DNA of 64,000 nt from the human T2T-CHM13v2.0 reference genome, Homo sapiens: the NCBI RefSeq assembly GCF_009914755.1, contig NC_060933.1; one strand, given 5' to 3'. How positions within the stretch are numbered: the first letter of the stretch is position 1; the number at the start of each line of letters is the position of its first letter. Made by a program: the position numbers and the translations under genes. The notes below the pieces were generated by a model. That model saw only the letters and a program-made list of their open reading frames with translations. It ran no database searches and was not told the origin of the DNA. This document shows, piece by piece, positions 1 through 14,700 of the stretch.

Positions 1-424
1 GAATTGAATTGAATCAACCAGAGTGCAGGGGAATGGAATGGAATGGAATGCAATGGAATGGAATCATCCGGAATGGAATGGAATGGAATGGAATGCAAAG
101 CAATGGAATCAGCTCGATTGCAATGGAATGGAATGGAATGGAAAGGAATACATTGGAATCAACCCGAGTGGAATGGAATGGAAAGGACTGGAATGGAGTG
201 GAATGGAATGGAATGGAATGGAATGGAATCAACTCGATTGCAATCGAATGGAATGGAATGGAATTAACCCGAATGGAATGGAATGGAATGGAATGGAACG
301 GAACGGAATGGAATGGAATGGAATGGAATGGAACGGAATGGAAGGGAATGGAATGGAATAGAATGGAATGGAATGGAATCAACGCGAGTGCAGGGGAATG
401 GAATGGAATGGAATGCAATGGAAT

Positions 425-439
425 GGAATCTTCCGGAAT
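425..439. promoter_or_regulatory. Perfect three-unit heat shock element match (representative of ~30 copies); function unproven
   Basis: gGAAt-cTTCc-gGAAt matches nGAAn-nTTCn-nGAAn. It recurs at e.g. 2736, 5236, 5371, 6707, 7984, and as the reverse complement at 24475, 25288, 33666, 47039, 57919. Confidence 0.5.
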
Positions 440-3400
440 GGAATGGAATGGAATGGAATGGAATGGAATCAACCCGAGTGCTATGGAATGGAGTGGAATG
501 GAATGGAATGGAATGGCACAACCCGAATGGAATGGAATGTAATGGAGAGTAAGGGAGTTGAATAGAATCAATACGAATGTAATGGAATGGAATGGAACGG
601 ACTGGAATTGAATGGAATGGAATGGAATGCAATGGAATCGAATCAACCCGAGTGCAATGGAATGGAGAGGAATGGAATGGAATGGAATGGAAACTACCCG
701 AATGGAATGGAATGTAATGGAGTGTAAGGGAATTGAATAGAATCAATCCGAATGTAATGGAATGGAATGGAACGGAATGGAATGGAATGGAATGGAATGC
801 AATGGAATGGAATCAACCCGAGTGCAATCGAAAGGAATCGAATGGAATGGAATGCAATGGAATGGAATCAACTTGAATGGAATGGAAAGAATGGAATCAA
901 CACGAGTGGAATGGCATGGATTGGAATGGAATGGAATGGAATCAACCCGAGTACAGGGGAATGGAATGGAATGGAATGCAATGGAATGGAATCATCCGTA
1001 ATGGAATGGAAAGGAATGGAATGGAATGGAATGGAATGGAATGGAATGGAATCGATTGGAATACCTTCAAACCGAATGGAATGGAATGGAATGGAATCAA
1101 CTGGATTGGAATGGAATGGAATGGAATGGAATGGAATGGAATGGAATTAACCCGAATAGAATGGAATTGAATGGAATTGAACGGAATGGAATGGAATGGA
1201 ATGGAATGGAATGGAATGGAATCAACCCGACTGCTGGGGAATGGAATGGAATGGAATGGAATGGAATGGAATGGAATGGAAAGGAATCATCCGGAACGGA
1301 ATGGAATGGAATGGAATGGAATCAACTGGATTGGAATGGAATGGAATGGAATCGAATGGAATGGAATGGAATTAACCGGAATAGAATGGAATGGAATGGA
1401 AAGGAACGGAATGGAATGGAATGGAATGGAATGGAATGGAATGGAATCAACCCGAGTGCAGGGGAATGGAATGGAATGGAATGCAATGGAATGGAATCAT
1501 CCGGAATGGAATGGAATGGAATGGAATGCAATCAAACTGATGCAGTGGAATGGAGTGGAATGGAATGGAACGGAATGGAAACATCCCGAATGGAATGGAA
1601 TGTAATGTAATGGATTGTAATGGAATTGAATAGAATCAATCCGAATGTAATGGAATGGAATGGAATGAAATGGAATGGAATAGAATCAACCCGAGTGCAA
1701 TGGAATGGATTCGAATGGAATGGAATGGAATGGAATGGATTCAACAAGAATGGAATGGAAAGGAATGGAATCAACCCGAGTGTAATGGCATGGAATGGAA
1801 TGGAATGGAATGGAATGGGATGGAATGGAATGGTACGGAATAGAATGGAATGGAATGAAATGGAATGGAATGGAATGGAATGGAATGAACCCGTGTGCAA
1901 TGGAATGGAATGGAATGGAATGGAATGGATTCAACTCGAATGGAATCAACTCGATTGCAATGGAATGGAATGGAATTGAAACGAACAGAATGGAATCAAC
2001 CCGAGTGGAATGGAATGGAAAGGACTGGAATGGAGTGGAATGGAATGGAATGGAATTAACCCGAATAGAATGAAATGGAATGGAATGGAATGGAATGTAA
2101 TGGAATGGAATGGAATGGAATCAACCCGAGTGCAGGGGAATGGAATGGAATGGAATGCAATGGAATGGAATCATCCGGAATGGAATGGAATGGAATGGAA
2201 TGGAATCAACTCGATTTCAATGGAATGGAATGGAATGCAATGGAATGGAATCATCCGGAATGGAATGGAATGGAATGGAATGGAATGCAATGGAATGGAA
2301 TCAACCCGAGGGCAATCGAATGGAATCGAATGGAATGGAATGCAATGGAATGGATTCAACTTGAATGGAATGGAAAGAATGCAATCAACACGAGTGGAAT
2401 GGCATGGATTGGAATGGAATGGAATGGAATCAACCCGAGTACAGGGGAATGGAATGGAATGGAATGCAATGGAATGGAATCATCCGTAATGGAATGGAAT
2501 GGAATGGAATGGAATGGAATCAACTCGATTGCAATCGAATGGAATGGAATGGAATTAACCCGAATAGAATGGAATGGAATGGAATGGAACGGAGCGGAAC
2601 GGAACGGAATGGATTGGAATGGAATGGAATGGAACGGAAAGGAATGGAATGGAATGGAATGGAATGGAATGGAATGGAATGGAATGGAATCAACGCGAGT
2701 GCAGGGGAATGGAATGGAATGGAATGCAATGGAATGGAATCTTCCGGAATGGAATGGAATGGAATGGAATGGAATGGAATGGAATGGAATAAACCCGAGT
2801 GCAATGGAATGGAGTGGAATGGAATGGAATGGAATGGAACAACACGAATGGAATGGAATGTAATGGAGAGTAAGGGAGTTGAATAGAATCAATCCGAATG
2901 TAATGGAATGGAATGGAACGGAATGGAATTGAATGGAATGGAATGGAATAGAATGGAATGGAATCAACCTGAGTGCAATGGAATGGAGAGGAATGGAATA
3001 GAATGGAATGGAAACTACCCGAATGGAATGGAATGTAATGGAGTGTAAGGCAATTGAATAGAATCAATCCGAATGTAATGGAATGGAATGGAATGGAATG
3101 GAATGGAATGGAATGGAAGGCAATGGAATGGAATCAACGCGAGGGCAATCGAATGGAATCGAATGGAATGGAATGCAATGGAATGGATTCAACTTGAATG
3201 GAATGGAAAGAATGGAATCAACACGAGTGGAATGGCATGGATTGGAATGGAATGGAATGGAATCAACCCGAGTACAGGGTAATGGAATGGAATGGAATGC
3301 AATGGAATGGAATCATCCGTAATGGAATGGAAAGGAATGGAATGGAATGGAACGGAATGGAATGGAATGGAATGGAATCAACTCGATTGCAATCGAATGG

Positions 3401-4829
3401 AATGGAATGGAATTAACCCGAATAGAATGGAATGGAATGGAATGGAATGGAACGGAACGGAATGGAATGGAATGGAATGGAACGGAACGGAATGGAATGG
3501 AATGGAATGGAATGGAATCAACGCGAGTGCAGGGGAATGGAATGGAATGGAATGCAGTGGAATGGAAACTTCCGGAATGGAATGGAATGGAATGGAATGA
3601 AATGCAATGGATTCAACTCGATTGCAATGGAATGGAATAGAATGGAATGGAATGGCATGGAATGGAATTAATCCGAATAGAATGGAATGGTATGGAAAGG
3701 AATGGAATGGTACGGAATAGAATGGAATGGAACGAATTGTAATGGAATGGAATTGAATGGAATGGAATGGAATGGAATGGAATCAACGCGAGAGCAGGGG
3801 AATGTAAAGGAACGGAATGCAATGGAATGGAATCATCCGGAATGGAATGGAATGGAATGGAATGGAATGGAATGGAATCAACCCGAGTGCAATGGAATGG
3901 AGTGGAATGGAATGGAATGGAATGGAACAACCCGAATGGAATGGAATGTAATGGAGAGTAAGGGAGTTGAATAGAATCAATCCGAATTTAATGGAATGGA
4001 ATGCAACGGAATGGAATGGAATGGAATGGAATGGAATGGAATGGAATGCAATGGAATGGAATCAACCCGAGTACAATGGAATGGAATGGAATGGAATGGA
4101 ATGGAATGGAATGGAATGGAATGATACGGAATAGAATGGAATGGAACGAAATGGAATGGAATGGAATGGAATGGAATGGAATGGAATGGAATGGAATGGA
4201 ATCGTTCCGAGTGGAATAGAGGGAATGTATTCGAGTGGAATGGAAAGGAATGGAATCAACCAGAGTGGAATGGAAGGGAATGGAATGGAATGGAAACTAA
4301 TAGAATGGAATCAACCCGAGTGGAATGGAATGGAAAGGACTGGAATGGAATGGAATGGAATGGAATCCACTCGATTGTAATGGAATGGAATGGAATGGAA
4401 TGGAATGGAATGGAATGGAATGGAATGGAATTAACCCGAATACAATGGAATGGAATGGAATGGAATGGAATGGAGTGGAATGGAATGGAATCAACCCGAG
4501 TGCAGGAGAATGGAATGGAATGGAATGCAATGGAATGGAATCATCCGGAATGGAATGGAATGGAATGGAATGCAAAGCAATGGAATCAACTCGATTGCAA
4601 TGGAATGGAATGGAATGGAAAGGAATACATTGGAATCAACCCGAGTGGAATGGAATGGAAAGGACTGGAATGGAGTGGAATGGAATGGAATGGAATGGAA
4701 TGGAATAAACTCGATTGGAATGGAATGGAATGGAATGGAATGGAATGGAATTAACCCGAAAAGAATGGAATGGAATTGAATGGAACGGAACGGAACGGAA
4801 CGGAACGGAATGGAATGGAACGCAATGGA

Positions 4830-5740
4830 ATGGAATGGAAAGGAATGGAATGGAATGGAATGGAATGCAATGGAATGGAATCAACCCGAGTGCAATCGAA
4901 TGGAATCGAATGGAATGGAATGCAATGGAATGGATTCAACTTGAATGGAATGGAAAGAATGGAATCAACACGAGTGGAATGGCATGGATTGGAATGGAAT
5001 TGAATGGAATCAACCCGAGTATAGGGGAATGGAATGGTATGGAATGCAATGGAATTGAATCATCCGTAATGGAATGGAAAGGAATGGAATGGAATTGAAT
5101 GGAATGGAATGGAATGGAATGGAATGGAATCAACTCGATTGCAATCGAATGGAATGGAATGGAATTAACCCGTATAGAATGGAATGGAATGGAATGGAAT
5201 GGAACGGAACGGAATGGAATGGAATGGAATGGAATGGAATCTTCCGGAATGGAATGGAATGGAATGGAATGGAATGGAACGGAAAAGAAGGGAATGGAAT
5301 GGAATAGAATGGAATGGAATGGAATCAACGCAAGTGCAGGGGAATGGAATGGAATGGAATTCAATGGAATGGAATCTTCCGGAATGGAATGGAATGGAAT
5401 GGAATGGAATGGAATGGAATCAACCCGAGTGCAATGGAATGGAGTGGAATGGAATGGAGTGGAATGGAATGTAATGGAATGGAACGGAACAACTCGAATG
5501 GAATGGAATGTAATGGAGAGTAAGGGAGTTGAATAGAATCAATCCGAATGTAATGGAATGGAATGGAACGGAATGGAATGGAATGGAATGGAATGCAATG
5601 GAATGGAATCAACCCGAGTGCAATCGAATGGATTCGAATGGAATGGAATGCAATGGAATGGATTCAACTTGAATGGAATGGAAAGAATGGAATCAACACG
5701 AGTGGAATGGCATGGATTGGAATGGAATGGAATGGAATCA
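4830..5740 (+). repeat. Direct paralogous segment, copy at ~10075-10930 (offset ~5.2 kb)
   Basis: Shared rare variants at offset 5245: ATAGGGG 5021/10266, CGTATAG 5171/10416, GGAAAAGAAG 5281/10526, CAAGTG 5331/10576. Confidence 0.85.
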
Positions 5741-8700
5741 TCCGTAATGGAATGGAAAGGAATGGAATGGAATGGAATGGAATGGAATGGAATGGAATGG
5801 AATCAACTCGATTGCAATCGAATGGAATGGAATGGAATTAACCCGAATAGAATGGAATGGAATGGAATGGAACGGAACGGAATTGAATGGAATGGAATGG
5901 AATGGAACGGAAAGGAATGGGATGGAATGGAATGGAATGGAATGGAACGGAAAGGAAGGGAATGGAATGGAATAGAATGGAATGGAATGGAATCAACGCG
6001 AGTGCAGAGGAATGGAATGGAATGGAATGCAATGGAATGGAATCTTCCGCAATGGAATGGAATGGAATGGAATGGAATGGAATGGAAGGGAATGGAATCA
6101 ACCCGAGTGCAATGGAATGGAGTGGAATGGAATGGAATGGAATGGAACAACTCGAATGGAATGGAATGTAATGGAGAGTAAGGGAGTTGAATAGTATCAA
6201 TCCGAATGTAATGGAATGGAATGGAACGGAATGGAATGGAATGGAATGGAATGAAATGGAATGGAAACAACCCGAGTGCAATCGAATGGAATCGAATGGA
6301 ATGGAATGCAATGGAATGGATTCAACTTGAATGGAATGGAAAGAATGGAATCAACACGAGTGGAATGGCATGGATTGGAATGGAATGGAATGGAATCAAC
6401 CCGAGTACAGGGGAATGGAATGGAATGGAATGCAATGGAATGGAATCATCCGTAATGGAATGGAAAGGAATGGAATGGAATGGAATGGAATGGAATGGAA
6501 TGGAATGGAATGGAATCAACTCGATTGCAATCGAATGGAATGGAATGGAATTAACACGAATAGAATGGAATGGAAAGGAATGGAACGGAACGGAATGGAA
6601 TGGAATGGAATGGAATGGAACGGAACCGAATGGAATGGAATGGAATGGAATGGAATGGAATCAACGCGAGTGCAGGGGAATGGAATGGAATGGAATGCAA
6701 TGGAATGGAATCTTCCGGAATGGAATGGAATGGAATGGAATGGAATGAAATGCAATGGATTCAACTCGATTGCAATGGAATGGAATAGAATGGAATGGAA
6801 TGGAATGGAATGGAATGGAATTAACCCGAATAGAATGGAATAGAATGGAATGGAACGGAAAGGAACGGAATGGAATGGAATGGAATGCAATGGAATGGAA
6901 TCAACCCAAGTGCAATGCAATGGAGAGGAATGGAATGGAATGGAATGGAAACTACCCGAATGGAATGGAATGTAATGGAGTGTAAGGGAATTGAATAGAA
7001 TCAATCCGAATGTAATGGAATGGAATGGAACGGAATGGAATGGAACGGAATGGAATGGAATGGAATGGAATGGAATGCAATGGAATGGAATCAACCCGAG
7101 TGCAATCGAATGGAATCCAATGGAATGGAATGCAATAGAATGGATTCAACTTGAATGGAATGGAAAGAATGGAATCAACAAGAGTGGAATGGCATGGATT
7201 GGAATGGAATGGAATGGAATCAACCCGAGTACAGGGGAATGGAATGGAATGGAATGCAATGGAATGGAATCATCCGAAATGGAATGGAATGGAATGGAAT
7301 GGAATGGAATGGAATGGAATGGAACAACCCGAATGGAATGGAATGTAATGGAGAGTAAGGGAGTTGAATAGAATCAATCCGAATGTAATGGAATGGAACG
7401 CAAAGGAATGCAATGCAATGGAATCAACCCGAGTACAATGGAACGGAATGGAATGGAAGGTAATGTAATGTAATGGAATGGAATGGAATGGAATGGAATG
7501 GAATCAACCCGAGTGCAATGGAATGGAGAGGAATGGAATGGAATGGAATGGAAACTACCCGAATGGAATGGAATGTAATGGAGTGTAAGGGAATTGAATA
7601 GAATCAATCCGAATGGAATGGAATGGAATGGAACGGAATGTAATGGAATGGAATGGAATGGAATCAACCCGAGTGCAGGGGAATGGAATGGAATGGAAAG
7701 CAATGGAATGGAATCATCAGTAATGGAATGGAAAGGAATGGAATGGAATGGAATGGAATGGAATGGAATGGAATGGAATCAACTCGATTGCAATCGAATG
7801 GAATGGAATGGAATTAACCGAATAGAATGGAATGGAATGGAATGGAACGGAACGGAATGGAATGGAATGGAAAGGAATGGAATGGAATGGAACGGAAAGG
7901 AAGGGAATGGAATGGAATAGAATGGAATAGAATGGAATCAACGCGAGTGCAGGGGAATGGAATGGAATGGAATGCAATGGAATGGAATCTTCCGGAATGG
8001 AATGGAATGGAATGGAATGGAATGGAATGGAATCAACCCGAGTGCAATGGAATGGAGTGGAATGGAATGGAATGGAATGGAACAACCCGAATGGAATGGA
8101 ATGTAATGGAGAGTAAGGGAGTTGAATAGAATCAATCCGAATGTAATGGAATGGAATGGAACGGAATGGAATTGAATGGAATGGAATGGAATGCAGTGGA
8201 ATGGAATCAACCCGAGTGCAATGGAAAGGAGAGGAATGGAATGGAATGGAATGCAAACTACCCGAATGGAATGGAATGTAATGGAGTGTAAGGGAATAGA
8301 ATTGAATCAATCCGAATGTAATGGAATGGAATGGAACGGAATGGAATGGAATGGAATGGAATGGAATCAAACCGAGTGCAATCGAATGGAATCATCCGTA
8401 ATGGAATGGAAAGGAATGGAATGGAATGGAATGCAATGGAATGGAATGGAATCAACTCGATTGCAATCGAATGGAATGGAATGGAATTAACCCGAATAGA
8501 ATGAAATGGAATGGAATGGAACGGAACGGAATGGAATGGAATGGAATGGAATGGAACGGAACGGAATGGAATGGAATGGAATGGAATGGAATGGAATGGA
8601 ATCAACGCGAGTGCAGGGGAATGGAATGGAATGGAATGCAATGGAATGGAATCTTCTGGAATGGAATGGAATGGAATGGAGTGGAATGAAATGCAGTGGA

Positions 8701-11700
8701 TTCAACTCGATTGCAATGGAATGGAATAGAATGGAATGGAGTGGAATGGAATGGAATTAATCCGAATAGAATTGAATGGAATGGAATGGAACGGAATTGA
8801 ACGGAATGGAATGGAATGGAATGGAATGGTATGGAATGGAATGGAATGGTACGGAATAGAATGGAATGGAACGAATTGTAATGGAATGGAATTGAATGGA
8901 ATGGAATGGAATGGAATGGAATCAACGCGAGTGCAGGGGAATGTAATGGAACGGAATGCAATGGAATGGAATCATCCGGAATGGAATGGAATGGAATGGA
9001 ATGGAATGGAATGGAATGGAATGGAATCAACCCGAGTGCAATGGAATGGAGTGGAATGCAATGGAATGGAATGGAATGGAACAACCCGAATGGAATGGAA
9101 TGTAATGGAGAGTAAGGTAGTTGAATAGAATCAATCCGAATGTAACGGAATGGAACGCAACGGAATGGAATGGAATGGAATGGAATGGAATGCAATGGAA
9201 TTGAATCAACCCGAGTACAATGGAATGGAATGGAATGGAATGGAATGGAATGGAATGGAATGGAATGGAATCGTTCCGAGTGGAATAGGAGGGAATGTAT
9301 TCGAGTGGAATGGAAAGGAATGGTATCAACCAGAGTGGAATGGAAGGGAATGGAATGGAATGGAAACTAATAGAATGGAATCAACCCGAGTGGAATGGAA
9401 TGGAAAGGACTGGAATGGAATGGAATGGAATGGAATCAACTCGATTGTAATGGAATGGAATGGAATGGAATGGATTGGAATGGAATGGAATTAACCCGAA
9501 TACAATGGAATGGAATGGAATGGAACGGAATGGAGTGGAATGGAATGGAATCAACCCGAGTGCAGGGGAATGGAATGGAATGGAATGCAATGGAATGGAA
9601 TCATCCGGAATGGAATGGAATGGAATGGAATGCAAAGCAATGGAATCAACTTGATTGCAATGGAATGGAATGGAATGGAAAGGAATACATTGGAATCAAC
9701 CCGAGTGGAATGGAATGGAAAGGACTGGAATGGAGTGGAATGGAATGGAATGGAATGGAATGGAATGGAATGGAATGGAATCAACTTGATTGGAATGGAA
9801 TGGAATGGAATGGAATGGAATGGAATGGAATGGAATCAACCCGAGTGCAGGGGAATGGAATGGAATGGAATGCAATGGAATGGAATCATCCGGAATGGAA
9901 TGGAATGGAATGCAATGGAATGGAATGGAATGGAATCAACCCGAGTGCAATGGAAAGGAGTGAAATGGAATGGAATGGAATGGAGACAACCAGAATGGAT
10001 TGGAATATAATTGAGTGTAAGGGAATTGAATAGAATCAATCTGAATGTAATGAAATGGAATGGAACGGAATGGAATGGAATGGAATGGAATGGAATGGAA
10101 TGGAATGGAATGCAATGGAATGGAATCAACCCGAGTGCAATCGAATGGAATCGAATGGAATGGAATGCAATGGAATGGATTCAACTTGAATGGAAAGGAA
10201 AGAATGGAATCAACACGAGTGGAATGGCATGGATTGGAATGGAATTGAATGGAATCAACCCGAGTATAGGGGAATGGAATGGTATGGAATGCAATGGAAT
10301 TGAATCATCCGTAATGGAATGGAAAGGAATGGAATGGAATTGAATGGAATGGAATGGAATGGAATGGAATGGAATCAACTCGATTGCAATCGAATGGAAT
10401 GGAATGGAATTAACCCGTATAGAATGGAATGGAATGGAATGGAACGGAACGGAACGGAATGGAATGGAATGGAATGGAATGGAATCTTCCGGAATGGAAT
10501 GGAATGGAATGGAATGGAATGGAACGGAAAAGAAGGGAATGGAATGGAATAGAATGGAATGGAATGGAATCAACGCAAGTGCAGGGGAATGGAATGGAAT
10601 GGAATTCAATGGAATGGAATCTTCCGGAATGGAATGGAATGGAATGGAATGGAATGGAATGGAATGGAATGGAATGGAACAACTCGAATGGAATGGAATG
10701 TAATGGAGAGTAAGCGAGTTGAATAGAATCAATCCGAATGTAATGGAATGGAATGGAACGGAATGGAATGGAATGGAATGGAATGCAATGGAATGGAATC
10801 AACCCGAGTGCAATCGAATGGATTCGAATGGAATGGAATGCAATGGAATGGATTCAACTTGAATGGAATGGAAAGAATGGAATCAACACGAGTGGAATGG
10901 CATGGATTGGAATGGAATGGAATGGAATCAACCCGAGTACAGGGGAATGGAATGGAATGGAATGCAATGGAATGGAATCATCCGTAATGGAATGGAAAGG
11001 AATGGAATGGAATGGAATGGAATGGAATGGAATGGAATCAACTCGATTGCAATCGAATGGAATGGAATGGAATTAACCCGAATAGAATTGAATGGAATGG
11101 AATGGAACGGAACGGAATGGAATGGAATGGAATGGAATGGAATGGAATGGAACGGAACGGAATGGAATGGAATGGAATGGAATGGAATGGAACGGAAAGG
11201 AAGGGAATGGAATGGAATAGAATGGAATGGAATGGAATCAACGCGAGTGCAGGGGAATGGAATGGAATGGAATGCAATGGAATGGAATCTTCCGCAATGG
11301 AATGGAATGGAATGGAATGGAATGGAATGGAATCAACCTGAGTGCAATGGAATGGAGTGGAATGGAATGGAACGGAATGGAACAACTCGAATGGAATGGA
11401 ATGTAATGGAGAGTAAGGGAGTTGAATAGAATCAATCCGAATGTAATGGAATGGAATGGAACGGAATGGAATGGAATGGAATGGAATGAAATGCAATGGA
11501 TTCAACTCGATTGCAATGGAATGGAATAGAATGGAATGGAATGGAATGGAACGGAATGGAACGGAATGGAATGGAACGGAATGGAATGGAATGGTATGGA
11601 ATGGAATGGAATGGTACGGAATAGAATGGAATGGAACGAATTGTAATGGAATGGAATTGAATGGAATGGAATGGAATGGAATGGAATCAACGCAAGTGCA

Positions 11701-14700
11701 GGGGAATGTAATGGAACGGAATGCAATGGAATGGAATCATCCTGAATGGAATGGAATGGAATGGAATGGAATGGAATCAACCCGAGTGCAATGGAATGGA
11801 GTGGAATGGAATGGAAAGGAATGGAACAACCCCAATGGAATGGAATGTAATGGAGAGTAAGGGAGTTGAATAGAATCAATCCGAATGTAATGGAATGGAA
11901 TGCAACTGAGTGGAATGGAATGGAATGGAATGGAATGCAATGGAATGGAATCAACCCGAGTACAATGGAATGGAATGGAATGGAATGGAATGGAATGGAA
12001 TGGAATAGAATGGAATGATACGGAATAGAATGGAATGGAAGAAAATGGAATGGAATGGAATGGAATGGAATGGAATGGAATGGAATCGTTCCGAGTGGAA
12101 TAGGAGGGAATGTATTCGAGTGGAATGGAAAGGAATGGAATCAACCAGAGTGGAATGGAAGGGAATGGAATGGAATGGAATGGAATGGAATGGAATGGAA
12201 TGGAATGCAATGGAATGGAATCAACCCGAGTGCAATCGAATGGAATCAAATGGAATGGAATGCAATGGAATGGATTCAACTTGAATGGAAAGGAAAGAAT
12301 GGAATCAACACGAGTGGAATGGCATGGATTGGAATGGAATGGAATGGAATCAACCCGAGTACAGGGGAATGGAATGGAATGGAATGGAATGGAATGGAAT
12401 GGAATCATCAGTAATGGAATGGAAAGAAATGGAAAGGACTGGAATGGAATGAAATGGAATGGAATCAACTCGATTGCAATCGAATGGAATGGAATGGAAT
12501 TAACCCGAATAGAATGGAATGGAATGGAATGGAACGGAACGGAATGGAATGGAGTGGAATGGAATGGAAAGGAAAGGAATGGAATGGAATGGAATGGAAC
12601 GGAATGGAATGGAATGGAATCAACGCGAGTACAGGGGAATGGAATGGAATCGAATCGAATGGAAAGGAATGGAATGGAATCAACCCGAGTGCAGAGGAAC
12701 GTAATGGAACGGAATGCAATGGAATGGAATCATCCGGAATGGAATGGAATGGAATGGAATGGAATCAACCCGAGTGCAATTGAATGGAGTGGAATGGAAA
12801 GGAATGGAATGGAACAACCCGAATGGAATGGAATGTAATGGAGAGTAAGGGAGTTGAAAAGAATCAATCCGAATGTAATGGAATGGAATGTAACGGAATG
12901 GAATGGAATGGAATGCAATGGAATGGAATGCATTGGAATGGAATCAACCCGAGTACAATGGAATGGAATGGAATGGAATGGAATGGAATGGAATGGAATG
13001 GAATGGAATGGAATGCAATGGAATGGAATCTTCCGGAATTGAATGGAATGGAATGGAATGGAATGGAATGGAATGCAATGGATTCAACTCGATTGCAATG
13101 GAATGGAATAGAATGGAATGGAATGGAATGGAATGGAATGGAATTAAACCGAATAGAATGGAATGGAATGGAATTTAACGGAACAGAACGGAACGGAACG
13201 GAACGGAGTGGAATGGAATGGAATGGAATTGTATGGAATGGAATGGAATGGTACGGAATAGAATGGAATGGAAAGAATTGGAATGGAATGGAAAGGAATG
13301 GAATGGAATGGAATGGAATGGAATCAACCCGAGTGCAGGGGAATGTAATGGAACGGAATTCAATGGAATGGAATCATTTGGAATGGAATGGAATGGAATG
13401 GAATGGAATGGAATGGAAGGGAATGGAATCAACCCGAGCGCAATGGAATGGTGTGGAATGGAATGGAATGGAATGGAACAACCCGAATGGAATGGAATGT
13501 AATGGAGAGTAAGGGAGTTGAATAGAATCAATCCGAATGTAATGTAATGGAATGGAATGGAATGGAATGGAATGGAATGGAATGGAATGCAATGGAATGG
13601 AATCAACCCGAGTACAATGGAACGGAAAGGAATGTAATCTAATGGAATGGAATGGAATGGAATGGAATGGAATGGAATGGAATCAACCCGAGTGCAATGG
13701 AATGGAGAGGAATGGAATGGAATGGAATGGAAACTACCCGAATGGAATGGAATGTAATGGAGTGTAAGGGAATTGAATAGAATCAACCCGAATGAAATGG
13801 AATGGAATGGAACGGAATGTAATGGAATGGAATGGAATGGAATCAACCCGAGTGCAGGGGAATGGAATGGAATGGAATGCAATAAAATGGAATCATCCGG
13901 AATGGAATGGAATGGAATGCAATGGAATGGAATGGAATGGAATCAACCCGAGTGCAATGGAATGGAGTGAAATGGAATGGAATGGAATGGAGACAACCAG
14001 AATGGATTGGAATATAATGGAGTGTAAGGGAATTGAATAGAATCAATCTGAATGTAATGAAATGGAATGGAAAGGAATGGAATGGAATGGAATGGAATGG
14101 AATGGAATGCAATGGAATGGAATCAACCAGAGTGCAATCGAATGGAATCGAATGGAATGGAATGCAATGGAATGGATTCAACTTGAATGGAATGGAAAGA
14201 ATGGAATCAACACGAGTGGAATGGCATGGATTGGAATGGAATGGAATGGAATCAACCCGAGTATAGGGGAATGGAATGGAATGCAATGCAATGGAATGGA
14301 ATCATCCGTAATGGAATGGAAAGGAATGGAATGGAATGGAATGGAATGGAATGGAATGGAATCAACTCGATTGTAATCGAATGGAATGGAATGGAATTAA
14401 CCCGAATAGAATGGAATGGAATGGAACGGAACGGAACGGAATGGAATGGAATGGAATGGAATGGAATGGAACGGAACGGAATGGAAGGGAATGGAATGGA
14501 ATGGAATGGAATGGAACGGAAAAGAAGGGAATGGAATGGAATAGAATGGAATGGAATGGAATCAACGCGAGTGCAGGGGAATGGAATGGAAGGGAATGCA
14601 AAGGAATGGAATCTTCCGGAATGGAATGGAAAGGAATGGAATGGAATGGAATGGAATGGAATCAACCCGAGTGCAATGGAATGGAGTGGAATGGAATGGA

